NCBI GenBank assembly: GCA_030604405.1
Contig: JAUVVY010000006.1
Span: forward strand, 14,589-78,588
Length of the DNA: 64,000 nt
Direction: 5' to 3'
Source of the DNA: a bacterium
GTDB taxonomy: Bacteria; Armatimonadota; Zipacnadia; Zipacnadales; UBA11051
Below, in pieces: positions 37,440 to 45,802 of this stretch. Position 1 is the stretch's first letter. Each line of letters begins with the position of its first letter. The notes beneath the pieces are model-generated. The model was not told where the DNA came from, did no database searches, and saw only the letters and a list, made by a program, of their open reading frames with translations. A program made the translations under genes and the position numbers.

Positions 37440-37643
37440 CTACGGGCCCTCGTCGGGATAGACCTCAGATGACGGCTTGCCGCCTACACCCCAGTTATGC
37501 TTCGGATACTCCTGCAACAGCACGGTGACATACTCGGGCTTTACCTCCATGCTCTCGGCCACTGCTTCGGTTACTTTTGCGATGACATTGGCTTTCTGCT
37601 CGGCGCTTCTACCTTCCCACATCTGTACGGTCACAAAGGGCAT
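37440..37643 (-). CDS. 4-oxalocrotonate tautomerase family protein
   Basis: N-terminal catalytic Pro (MPFVTV), EGRSAEQK, NWGVGG; GGAGG RBS. Confidence 0.92.
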   Translation of the reverse strand: MPFVTVQMWEGRSAEQKANVIAKVTEAVAESMEVKPEYVTVLLQEYPKHNWGVGGKPSSEVYPDEGP

Positions 37644-37771
37644 CTTGTCACCTCCCTAATAGTTATTGCGAGGTTAGCTTCTCCTTTGCACATGCTACGA
37701 CCTGCCAGGCAGGTAAAGACAGCTTGGCGAAGAAAGAGATACTAAAGCACAAGCCACCATAGCCGCCTAGA

Positions 37772-38773
37772 GTGATGCGAATGCATGACATAATCAGTGT
37801 TGGCAGCGCCACGGAGGACGTTTTCGTAGGCACCAGGGATATGAAGCTCATCTCCGTGCAAGACATTAACGCGGAAGTGTCGTACATTGCGTTCGAGCAC
37901 GGTGCTAAGATCCCCGTGGACAATATCTTCATCGCCACAGGCGGCGGGGCGACTAATTCGGCGGTGGCTTTCTCGCGGCTGGGCCTGAGAGCCGGCATTA
38001 TATCCAAAGTCGGTGATGACGACGCTGCCGAACGCATAATCGCCAAGCTGCGGCGCGAAAACGTTGACGTCAGCGCCGTGGTCACGACGACCGAGCATTC
38101 GACCGGTTACTCCGTGATACTGACTTGCTTCACCGGCGACCGCACGGTCCTGGTGCATCGCGGAGCCAGCACGCAGTTGCGGCAGGACGATATTGACTGG
38201 GATGGTTTGGCCTCGGCCCACTGGATCTATCTCTCATCAATGTCCGGTGACAGCGCGCCGCTGTTTGAGAAAGTAGCCTTGCATGCCCGGGACAACAACG
38301 TCAAGCTGGCGCTGAACCCGGGGGGCACCCAGTTGCAGGCGGGGCTGGAGGCACTGGCCCCGGCCCTACAAGCCGCGCACGTCATCTTCGTTAACAAGGC
38401 CGAGGCGTACTCCCTGGCAGGGGTGGAGCCAAGGCGCGGGCCTACTGACGAGTTGCAGGCGCTCCGGACGCTGCATGATGCCGGCTGCGACATTGTTGTG
38501 ATGACTGCCGGTCTTGAGGGTGCGGAGGCCTATGACGGTCATACCCACTACACCGTCCCGGCGGTGGAAGTGAAGGAAGAATCAACGCTCGGCGCGGGTG
38601 ACGCTTTTGCTGCAGCCTGCGTGGCGGCTCTGTTCCGCGGCCTGGATATCCGCGAGGCGCTGCGCGCCGGGGCCATCAATGCCGCCAATGTGGTCCGCTA
38701 CCTGAGCGCCAAGCGCGGCCTGATGACGCGAGAGGCGCTGGAACCCGAACTGGCCGCCTACCGACGGACATAA
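37772..38773 (+). CDS. PfkB family carbohydrate kinase
   Basis: GGGATNSAVAFSRLG, NPG, FVNKAE, STLGAGDAF. Confidence 0.92.
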   Translation: MMRMHDIISVGSATEDVFVGTRDMKLISVQDINAEVSYIAFEHGAKIPVDNIFIATGGGATNSAVAFSRLGLRAGIISKVGDDDAAERIIAKLRRENVDVSAVVTTTEHSTGYSVILTCFTGDRTVLVHRGASTQLRQDDIDWDGLASAHWIYLSSMSGDSAPLFEKVALHARDNNVKLALNPGGTQLQAGLEALAPALQAAHVIFVNKAEAYSLAGVEPRRGPTDELQALRTLHDAGCDIVVMTAGLEGAEAYDGHTHYTVPAVEVKEESTLGAGDAFAAACVAALFRGLDIREALRAGAINAANVVRYLSAKRGLMTREALEPELAAYRRT

Positions 38774-38837
38774 AGCGCCACGGCTCGCTGGCTTTCGATA
38801 TGGCGTGTGCCCGCGCGTTGTAGCCGGCATATCGCAG

Positions 38838-39593
38838 CTACTCGGTCACCGGCGAAATTACCAGGACGCGGTCGTTGCCTTCACCCTCGCTGTAGGTCTT
38901 TACCTCGGGATCATCGCGCAGCGCCATGTGGACTATCCGCCGCTCATACGCATTAAGGTCAGGCATCACAAGCTCCTCGCCCTGGTCCTTGGCCTTCTGG
39001 GCGTATGACCGCGCCATGTCCTCCAACATCTCAGTATGCCGCTGGCGGTAATTTTCGGTGTCAAGGATCACCCGCACGCCGTCCTCGAGGCCCTTGTTGG
39101 CACTGATTGCCACTACCAACTGCATAGCCTCGAGGGTTTCACCGTCGCGGCCGATAAGCAGCCCCGCATCATCTGCCTGTATCTCAAGGGCTATCTCCCG
39201 CTCACTGATTCCCCTGACGATTACCTCGGCATTCTCCACGCCTATGAATTCAACTATGTCAGCAGTAATCTGCTGCGCACGCTCGGCTATCTGCTGGCGT
39301 ACCTGCGCTCGGGCATCGCCCTGCTCTGGCTCCGGCGCCTCTGCCCCTTCAGCGGTTTTTGGTTGTTCTTCGACTTCTGCAGCGGCCTCCGCGCTCACTT
39401 CGCCACCTTCGTCCTGGGCCTCTGCGGTGACGGTCGCTCTCACGAGGTATTCCCCGCCGCCAAACAGCCCGGCTACCGCGCCGGGCCTTTTCAGTACCTC
39501 AAATTCGACCTCGGCCTCAGAAACACCAAGTTGCTCAAGCGCAGCCTGTTCTGCCTCTTCAATGCTCTTGCCTGTTACCTCAATAGATCTCAT
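38838..39593 (-). CDS. jag: RNA-binding protein Jag/EloR (KhpB)
   Basis: Jag-N (EVTGKSIEEA), KH (GLLIGRDGETLEAMQ), R3H (LNAYERRIVH..L....SEGEG..R). Confidence 0.96.
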   Translation of the reverse strand: MRSIEVTGKSIEEAEQAALEQLGVSEAEVEFEVLKRPGAVAGLFGGGEYLVRATVTAEAQDEGGEVSAEAAAEVEEQPKTAEGAEAPEPEQGDARAQVRQQIAERAQQITADIVEFIGVENAEVIVRGISEREIALEIQADDAGLLIGRDGETLEAMQLVVAISANKGLEDGVRVILDTENYRQRHTEMLEDMARSYAQKAKDQGEELVMPDLNAYERRIVHMALRDDPEVKTYSEGEGNDRVLVISPVTE

Positions 39594-39657
39594 TTCAGGT
39601 TTCCTCTTTGCTGTGGTATGTTAAATAACGCACGCACCGGTGCTTCGGTCCGCAACG

Positions 39658-41382
39658 TTACTTACGATTTCTTTTCTTGTCGGACTTGCTCGTTTTCTTA
39701 CCGTCTTTGGCGGCTTTCGCTTCAGCGTAGCTCTTGCGCTGTCCGCGGTCTTCGCTGTCATCTTCCTCCGCAGTCTTTTTTGCCGAAAGCATCTTAACCA
39801 TGCTCCCAACAAATCCGCCGGGCGGCTTCTTATCTCGGTCCGGGGGCGGTTCTTCGTCGTCCGCGCTGCGCTTGCGATGTGAGTGCACATACTGTTCGCC
39901 AAAGTAGATCATATTGCTTGCCAACCAGTAAAGTATGAACGCCGCAGGAAAGGTCTGAAAGAAGAAAAAGAACATGATGGGCATCAAATAGGTCATCATC
40001 TGCTGCTGTTGGGCCTGCTGGGGGTTCATTGCTGCGGTCGGCTGCATCCGCTGGGTCGCCTTCTGGAACATGATCATACTGATGGTGTAGGCAACCAGCA
40101 GGATCATATCGGGCCCAGCCAGGTTGCTGACCCAAAGGAACCCCGCGCCATCGAACTGCCAGATGTAGGCGCGAATGCCCCGGTACAACATGATGAGGAT
40201 AGGCAACTGCACCAGCATGGGCAAGCAGCCGCCTAACGGATTAACCCCGTGATCCTGGCATAGCTTCCAGAACTCCTCCTGGAACTTCTTCTTGTCGTCA
40301 ACATGTTTTTCCTGAAGAGCCTTGATCTGCGGCTGCAGATCCTGCATGGCCCGCGCTGATTCCAACTGCTTGCGCGTCAGAGGCCAGATCATGAGGCGTA
40401 CGACTATGGCCATAAGAATAACGCCCAGAGACGGGCTGTTGCCAGCAATTCGCACAAACCCACCAACAATGCGGTACCAGAAGCTGTTCTGGTTGAGTTC
40501 GTCCAGCTTGGGGCCGATGGCACCGCGCAGCGGCTCTTGCTGCCACTTGCCATCCACCGGCCGCCAGACCATATACTCGGACTTGCCAGCACTGTCCAGT
40601 GTCGCATAGTGGGTCCACGCGTTGTTGTAGAGCTTTTCGGCAAGCCCCCGGTCATCGAGCTCCGTCAGGGCCAGTTCGGCGGCTCTCACCATCGCGTAGC
40701 CGCCAAACAGGGAATCGGCCTGCCTGGCCAGCGTCGCCGACTCATCATAGGCGTCAACCGCCTGCTCGTAGTCGCCCTGTATCTCCCTGACGCGAGCCAT
40801 ACGCATAGTGGCAAGCCAGTCGGAAGGCACGATTTTTGTGGCATGAATCGCCGGCTCGGGCTGGGGCGAATCGCTAACGGTCTCGACTAGCCCTGTCACT
40901 ACAGCCGGCAGGCCAACGATATCACCCTCACCGAAGCCTCGGGGTGCCACGCCGCCGCCAAGAGTAATCACAACCTCTCCCCCGCCGGCGCGCAGCACAC
41001 CCCCGTCCTCTTCGCCGGCGGTGTAAAGGCCGACGACGCTGAGTTTCTCTCCCTGCACATCACCGAGGTGCTCTTCCAGGTCTTCGACTGTGAGCTGCAT
41101 GGGCTCGTCGGAAGCCACAAAGAACTTCTTGAGGCCGCTGAGAAAGCCGCCCTTGGGCCGAGGGTCGTGCTCAACCACCCACTGTGCCATCGCCGCCAGG
41201 CGTTCGGCCTGCTCATCCAGCGGCAGCTCTGTATCAATCACCAGTTCCGGCGGCAGGCCGTCCTGAAAGCTGATGCCCTCGGCGGCACAGACGACGGAAA
41301 CCGCTGGCCCAAGCAAGTAACACAGCAGGCCTAGCAATAGGGGTATTGTACCGAAGCTTTGACTACTATGCGTGTGAATCAC
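39658..41382 (-). CDS. yidC: Membrane protein insertase YidC with an atypical N-terminal domain
   Basis: Core VRLMIWPL...MQDLQPQIKALQEK...GVNPLGGCLPMLVQLP...LYWLASN. Confidence 0.95.
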   Translation of the reverse strand: MIHTHSSQSFGTIPLLLGLLCYLLGPAVSVVCAAEGISFQDGLPPELVIDTELPLDEQAERLAAMAQWVVEHDPRPKGGFLSGLKKFFVASDEPMQLTVEDLEEHLGDVQGEKLSVVGLYTAGEEDGGVLRAGGGEVVITLGGGVAPRGFGEGDIVGLPAVVTGLVETVSDSPQPEPAIHATKIVPSDWLATMRMARVREIQGDYEQAVDAYDESATLARQADSLFGGYAMVRAAELALTELDDRGLAEKLYNNAWTHYATLDSAGKSEYMVWRPVDGKWQQEPLRGAIGPKLDELNQNSFWYRIVGGFVRIAGNSPSLGVILMAIVVRLMIWPLTRKQLESARAMQDLQPQIKALQEKHVDDKKKFQEEFWKLCQDHGVNPLGGCLPMLVQLPILIMLYRGIRAYIWQFDGAGFLWVSNLAGPDMILLVAYTISMIMFQKATQRMQPTAAMNPQQAQQQQMMTYLMPIMFFFFFQTFPAAFILYWLASNMIYFGEQYVHSHRKRSADDEEPPPDRDKKPPGGFVGSMVKMLSAKKTAEEDDSEDRGQRKSYAEAKAAKDGKKTSKSDKKRNRK

Positions 41383-41654
41383 TATGTCCCCGTTGGTTCA
41401 GTTCCGTCATTGTGCAAGCCCATTTCGGGCGCTGCAGGATCGCCCGGAACCGGATCATAGCCGCCCGGATTGAACGGGTTACACCGACAAACGCGGCGAC
41501 ACCCTAAGAGTAATCCGCGCCAGAAGCCATGTATCTCTAGTGCTTTGATCGTATATTCAGAACACGATGGCGTAAACCGGCACGTACCGGGCACCACACG
41601 CGACATGGTGCCCTGATAGAGCCGTATCAGCCATATTAGCGCTCGTGCGAACAT
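41382..41654 (-). CDS. yidD: Membrane protein insertion efficiency factor
   Basis: CRFTPSCSEY, HGFWRG, CRCNPFNPGGYDPVP. Confidence 0.96.
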   Translation of the reverse strand: MFARALIWLIRLYQGTMSRVVPGTCRFTPSCSEYTIKALEIHGFWRGLLLGCRRVCRCNPFNPGGYDPVPGDPAAPEMGLHNDGTEPTGT

Positions 41655-42022
41655 GGGTGTTTGTTGTTATCAGGCTCCAGAACGCCGGCCTTGGCCAGCA
41701 GCTCTGCCAGTTGCTCGTGCAGGCCCCAGTAGCCAGCTTCCTCGGCTCCCGGTTTGGCGATCACTATGATGTCGCGGTCGTGACAGCGGTCGCCGATCAA
41801 ATGCCGCGCCGCCTCGCGTAGCCGCCTTCTCACTCTGTTGCGCCGTACCGCTCCGCCGAGTTTCTTGCTCACCACAAACGCCATACGGGTAACGCCTGTC
41901 TCGCCGGCTGCCGCCACGATCGCTGTCAGATGCCGGCTCCCGAACCTGCGCCCGTTCGCGAATATGCGGCGGAAGTCCTTCTGGAGACGAATAGTGGGGA
42001 GCTTGCTCACAACGCGCACCAT
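41636..42022 (-). CDS. rnpA: Ribonuclease P protein component
   Basis: RLQKDFRRIF, AFVVSKKLGGAVRRNRVRRRLRE (RNR motif), DIIVIAK. Confidence 0.95.
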   Translation of the reverse strand: MVRVVSKLPTIRLQKDFRRIFANGRRFGSRHLTAIVAAAGETGVTRMAFVVSKKLGGAVRRNRVRRRLREAARHLIGDRCHDRDIIVIAKPGAEEAGYWGLHEQLAELLAKAGVLEPDNNKHPCSHER

Positions 42023-42053
42023 TTGCACCGACTTGCCGATAAACGACCGGACA

Positions 42054-42082
42054 AGTATAGCATACTGACACCGCTTGAGCAA
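42054..42082 (-). promoter_or_regulatory. Promoter TTGCTC-17-TATACT with extended TG, for rnpA
   Basis: -35 at 42077-42082, -10 at 42054-42059. Confidence 0.65.
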
Positions 42083-42086
42083 ACCT

Positions 42087-42485
42087 CTACGATTCGCCGG
42101 CGGGGAAATCCTCGCCCATCATTGCCCTCACATATAGCGACCAGATAATCGCCTGCATCATGGCATTGAGTAGCAACACGCCCACAGCCTGCCAAAGGCT
42201 CGCGCGAAAGACCAGCTTGATCGTCATCACGGCGAGGATTATGAAGCCGACAGCAACTATAACGACGCCGCCTGCAGCAAGCTTCACCAGCAAGCCGACC
42301 GAGCCGGTGGTTACGATTGACAGTATTGCAAAGGCAAGGAGTGCCCGGCCGAGGCCGGCCTCTTTGATATTAACGATCACGGCGGCCAGCCACATCATCA
42401 GCACGCCGACAATTGAGGCGACTAGCCCCATCGCGGCCATTGCCACAGGTGACATCTGCTGGCTAGCTTCTTCCAAGTCGCTCAC
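42087..42485 (-). CDS. Small four-TM membrane protein (start uncertain)
   Basis: Four hydrophobic helices; candidate starts at 42485, 42476 or 42455. Confidence 0.7.
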   Translation of the reverse strand: MSDLEEASQQMSPVAMAAMGLVASIVGVLMMWLAAVIVNIKEAGLGRALLAFAILSIVTTGSVGLLVKLAAGGVVIVAVGFIILAVMTIKLVFRASLWQAVGVLLLNAMMQAIIWSLYVRAMMGEDFPAGES

Positions 42486-42632
42486 GGCTGCCTTTGAGCA
42501 GAAAAGCGCCAAGGCCCGGTTCGGCCCTTTTATATCGTGGCCAAGGCAGGCCTCTACTGCTCACTGTAGAAATTGAGAAGCGGTATCGCATATTAAACCA
42601 TGCCATCAAGTTGTTGGCAAGGAGGCTATCAC

Positions 42633-45353
42633 ATGAGCCTTTCACAGTTTGCAGCCATTTCCTGTAGTCTGATTATTGTTGTTGCGGCGCTGCCCACGTC
42701 CGCGCAGCAGCACCCGGTCTATGACCCGGGCACACCATCCACTACTTATACAAGGTACGCGGACGAGTGCCTCCGATTTTCCGAGGCGCAAGTCCGCGAG
42801 ATGATCACCGAAAAGGCGGGGTTCCACGAAATCCAGTGCCCCAATTGCACCATGGGGCATCAGGGCGCTCAACTGGTGTGGGACCCTGCGCACCCCAAGC
42901 AGGTCAAATGCAAATACTGCGGGATGGTTTATCCCAACGAGAAGTACCCCATGGACAAAGTCTATCAACACCAGGCCCCGACCGGCAAGATTCAACAGTA
43001 CCCTTACTACGAGCGCGAAGACGGCTTCCACCACTTCTTCCAGGCCAAGATTGACTATCACGCCCGCTACTGGCTGGCCGGCAACGCCTATCACTGCGCG
43101 TTGACGTACTGGCTCACCAAAGACACCAAGTATGCGCGGCGGGCAGTAGTCATACTGCACCGCATGGCAGAGGTGTATCCGCACCTGCCTATCCACGGCC
43201 TCGACGGCTACACCTTTCGCCGGCCAATGTGGGCTGACAACGAGCCGCCGCATCCCTACCTGTCACAGAAACTGGGCTCAACCTGGTTCTACAGCGAGAT
43301 TCACACCGGCATGGTGCGGGCTTGCGACATCCTCTATGACAGCGGGGAGTTCGAGAAGCTTTCGCAGGAAGTTGGCGTGGATGTCAAGCAGATGGTTCAG
43401 AAAGACCTCATTGAGGGCATGGCGGACTTTACGTTGACCTTCGACCGCTGGATAACCAACATGACGCCTAGCTGGTGTAACAAGCTGATCGTCGCCGGGC
43501 GCGTCGTCGGCAAGCCGAACTACATTCATGAGGGCGTCAACATGCTCCGCAAGACCCTGAATGACAAATTCTTTGCCGACGGAGTGTGGAGCGAGTCGGC
43601 GGTGTCGTACCACCGCCAAACGGTCGGTGGACTGCGCAGCGCATTTAGTGTCGCGGTGGGATATTCCGATCCGGAGGGATACAGTTTTCCTGAAACGGGA
43701 GAACGCCTCGACGATTACGATCCATTTGCGGCTGAGACTTTCCTGCAGAAGGTTCTTGTGGGCATGGAGCCAATCGCCTATCCCGATGGTGTCTATTGCT
43801 GCGTGCATGATACGTGGGCCAGGGCAAAGACTGAGCCGGCTGCCGAAGCAAACTCCACACTGCTGTGGAGCATGGGCCATGCGGTGCTCGAATCACAGAT
43901 CGGCCCACTGGCTGCCGAAGCACAATTGCACTTCTCCGGCTCACATGGACACGCTCACGCCGACCCGCTCAATCTGACCTACTGGGCCTACGGGCACGAA
44001 CTGGTCTCCGATCTGGGCTACACGCACACCATATACCGCAGCTATGCCGGTTCAGCGGCGGCACACAATCTGGTCATTGTTGACGAAATGCCCGGTTACC
44101 ACGGTACGCATAGTATTCCGTGGGATGGCGAGTTGCGGGTATGGCATCGGGCCGGTGACATCGCCAAAGCAATCAGTGTAAATGTGCCGACAGCTTACGG
44201 GAATTGCGATCTGTATCAACGCACGGTCGCACTGATTGAGCGGCCGGATGCGCCGGCGTATATGGTGGACTTCTTCGATGTGCGTGGTGGCTCGCAACAC
44301 GATTGGCTGATGCGTGGCAGCGCCGACCACGATCAGACGGCATCCGCACATGTACCGATGGAGAAGCTGGACTATACGCTGCTGGGGCCGAGCCGCAAGC
44401 TCGTGCGCTATATCAATGAAGGCGGCCATCGGCTGGTGGCAGTAGGCGCCAAGTGCGCCAACGACAAGCCCGAAGAGGGCGCTGAGGTGCAGTATAATCC
44501 GTATGGCCTGATTCGCGACCTGCAGCGGGCTCAGACAGCGGACAACTTTGTCGCCACGTTCGAATACATCGAGCCTGATAAGCCGCGCATGGAGCTGCAT
44601 CTGCTGGCCGATGCGCAGAGCGAATACTATCTCGGCACCGCTCCCAGCATCAAGCGGTCAAACCAGGACTCGGCAACCGTTGACGATGTGCGCCAGCCGC
44701 TGGTGGTCGTGCGGCGCAAGGGCGAAGAGGGCCTGCAAAGCCGCTTTTCGGCGTTGCTTTGGCCCTATATGCAAGAGGCTGGCTTGACCTCATTTGCCTC
44801 GCTTACAGCCGAAGGCCAGGTAGTAGGAGCCGAGGTTCAGTTCCGCGGCTACACTGACCTGATCGTAGCGCCCCCACAGAAGGCTGAGCAGCCCATCAAT
44901 ATAGCCGAGCACGACCTGACAACCGATGCGGCTTTTTGTATAGTGCGGTTGCAGGATGGCAAGGTAATCGCAGCCGAACTGAACAATGGCACACTGCTGC
45001 GGCTTGGCGAGTTCAAGATCGCCGCCGAGGGGCCACTGACTGGTGAAATTGTCGAGGCGAGCGGTGGTCTGAAGGATGGCTCCACGGCGCTCAAGGTTGC
45101 AAACTTGAGCACCGGGCACGAGCCGCTGGCAGGTGCTGACGTTTACGTGCAACACGCCGACGGCGCATTTTCACTGCTCGAACTGAAGAGTGTAGAAAGC
45201 AAAGATGGGAACACTTATCTGCACGTGGTCGAACCGCCGGATTTCAGTATCGAGGGCGAAGAGACCAAATTCCACTTCTACCCGCTCCGCACCATCGAGG
45301 GGCGGCCGAAGTTCAGGATTAATTCTTGCGTGAGCTGGCAGGTGCAGAGTTAA
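42633..45353 (+). CDS. Secreted heparinase II/III-like polysaccharide lyase
   Basis: AGGAGG RBS; signal peptide; alpha/alpha region with DGVWSESAVSYH; HGHAHADPLNL, DLGY, AAHNLVIVD. Confidence 0.82.
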   Translation: MSLSQFAAISCSLIIVVAALPTSAQQHPVYDPGTPSTTYTRYADECLRFSEAQVREMITEKAGFHEIQCPNCTMGHQGAQLVWDPAHPKQVKCKYCGMVYPNEKYPMDKVYQHQAPTGKIQQYPYYEREDGFHHFFQAKIDYHARYWLAGNAYHCALTYWLTKDTKYARRAVVILHRMAEVYPHLPIHGLDGYTFRRPMWADNEPPHPYLSQKLGSTWFYSEIHTGMVRACDILYDSGEFEKLSQEVGVDVKQMVQKDLIEGMADFTLTFDRWITNMTPSWCNKLIVAGRVVGKPNYIHEGVNMLRKTLNDKFFADGVWSESAVSYHRQTVGGLRSAFSVAVGYSDPEGYSFPETGERLDDYDPFAAETFLQKVLVGMEPIAYPDGVYCCVHDTWARAKTEPAAEANSTLLWSMGHAVLESQIGPLAAEAQLHFSGSHGHAHADPLNLTYWAYGHELVSDLGYTHTIYRSYAGSAAAHNLVIVDEMPGYHGTHSIPWDGELRVWHRAGDIAKAISVNVPTAYGNCDLYQRTVALIERPDAPAYMVDFFDVRGGSQHDWLMRGSADHDQTASAHVPMEKLDYTLLGPSRKLVRYINEGGHRLVAVGAKCANDKPEEGAEVQYNPYGLIRDLQRAQTADNFVATFEYIEPDKPRMELHLLADAQSEYYLGTAPSIKRSNQDSATVDDVRQPLVVVRRKGEEGLQSRFSALLWPYMQEAGLTSFASLTAEGQVVGAEVQFRGYTDLIVAPPQKAEQPINIAEHDLTTDAAFCIVRLQDGKVIAAELNNGTLLRLGEFKIAAEGPLTGEIVEASGGLKDGSTALKVANLSTGHEPLAGADVYVQHADGAFSLLELKSVESKDGNTYLHVVEPPDFSIEGEETKFHFYPLRTIEGRPKFRINSCVSWQVQS

Positions 45354-45373
45354 CGGCGTCTGTCACAAGAGCA

Positions 45374-45402
45374 TTGTGGGCGCGTCGCGTTTGTGCTATA
45401 CT
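45374..45402 (+). promoter_or_regulatory. Promoter TTGTGG-17-TATACT with extended TG, for the T-box leader
   Basis: -10 at 45397-45402, about 28 nt before T-box Stem I. Confidence 0.65.
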
Positions 45403-45427
45403 GGCTCGAAATCAAACTGCAGCGCAA

Positions 45428-45745
45428 AAGGCGATGAAAGGGACAAGTAGGATCGGCGATTGCTCTGAGGAGACTTGCGAAGCTTGATTCCTCGCAGAGA
45501 GCCCGGTTGCTGAGAACGGGCGGGCAAGACCGGTCTGAAGATCGCCCTGGAGCCGCGAACCGAACGGACCAGCGCTCTGCCACAGGGCAAGGCCAGTCCT
45601 ATTAGACTTCGCCGGAGCTTCGACCGTTATCCTGAAGACGACATCGGCTCTCACCGGCCTGTGTCGCCTAAGAGGTTCCCGCAAGGGAGCAAACAGAGTG
45701 GTACCGCGGATAGATCCGTCTCTGATCAGAGGCGGATTTTGTGCC
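45428..45745 (+). ncRNA. T-box riboswitch, Ile specifier (AUC), transcriptional
   Basis: GA motif GCGATGA, AGUA (45446), AG bulge AGAGAG, apical GGTTGCTGAGA, GAA-G-ATC-G specifier loop (ATC 45541-45543), CCGTTA in Stem IIA/B, T-box AGAGTGGTACCGCG (45695-45708), terminator. Confidence 0.93.
45715..45742 (+). terminator. T-box attenuator terminator
   Basis: tccgtctct-gatc-agaggcgga-tttt; its 5' arm overlaps the 3' arm of the antiterminator. Confidence 0.88.
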
Positions 45746-45802
45746 ATCTGCCGATACCGGGGTTTAGTTTGTCAGTGTGCGCTCGGCCAGGAGGGGTCTC
45801 AG

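Noticed and set aside
42512-42632. Strand-switch intergenic region as a possible oriC
   Set aside because: Only about 120 nt, no DnaA boxes and no AT-rich unwinding element.
45412-45747. 111-aa minus ORF and the 35-aa N-terminal extension of cimA (45698-45802)
   Set aside because: They overlap the T-box RNA and terminator; the true start is ATG 45803 with an AGGAGG RBS.
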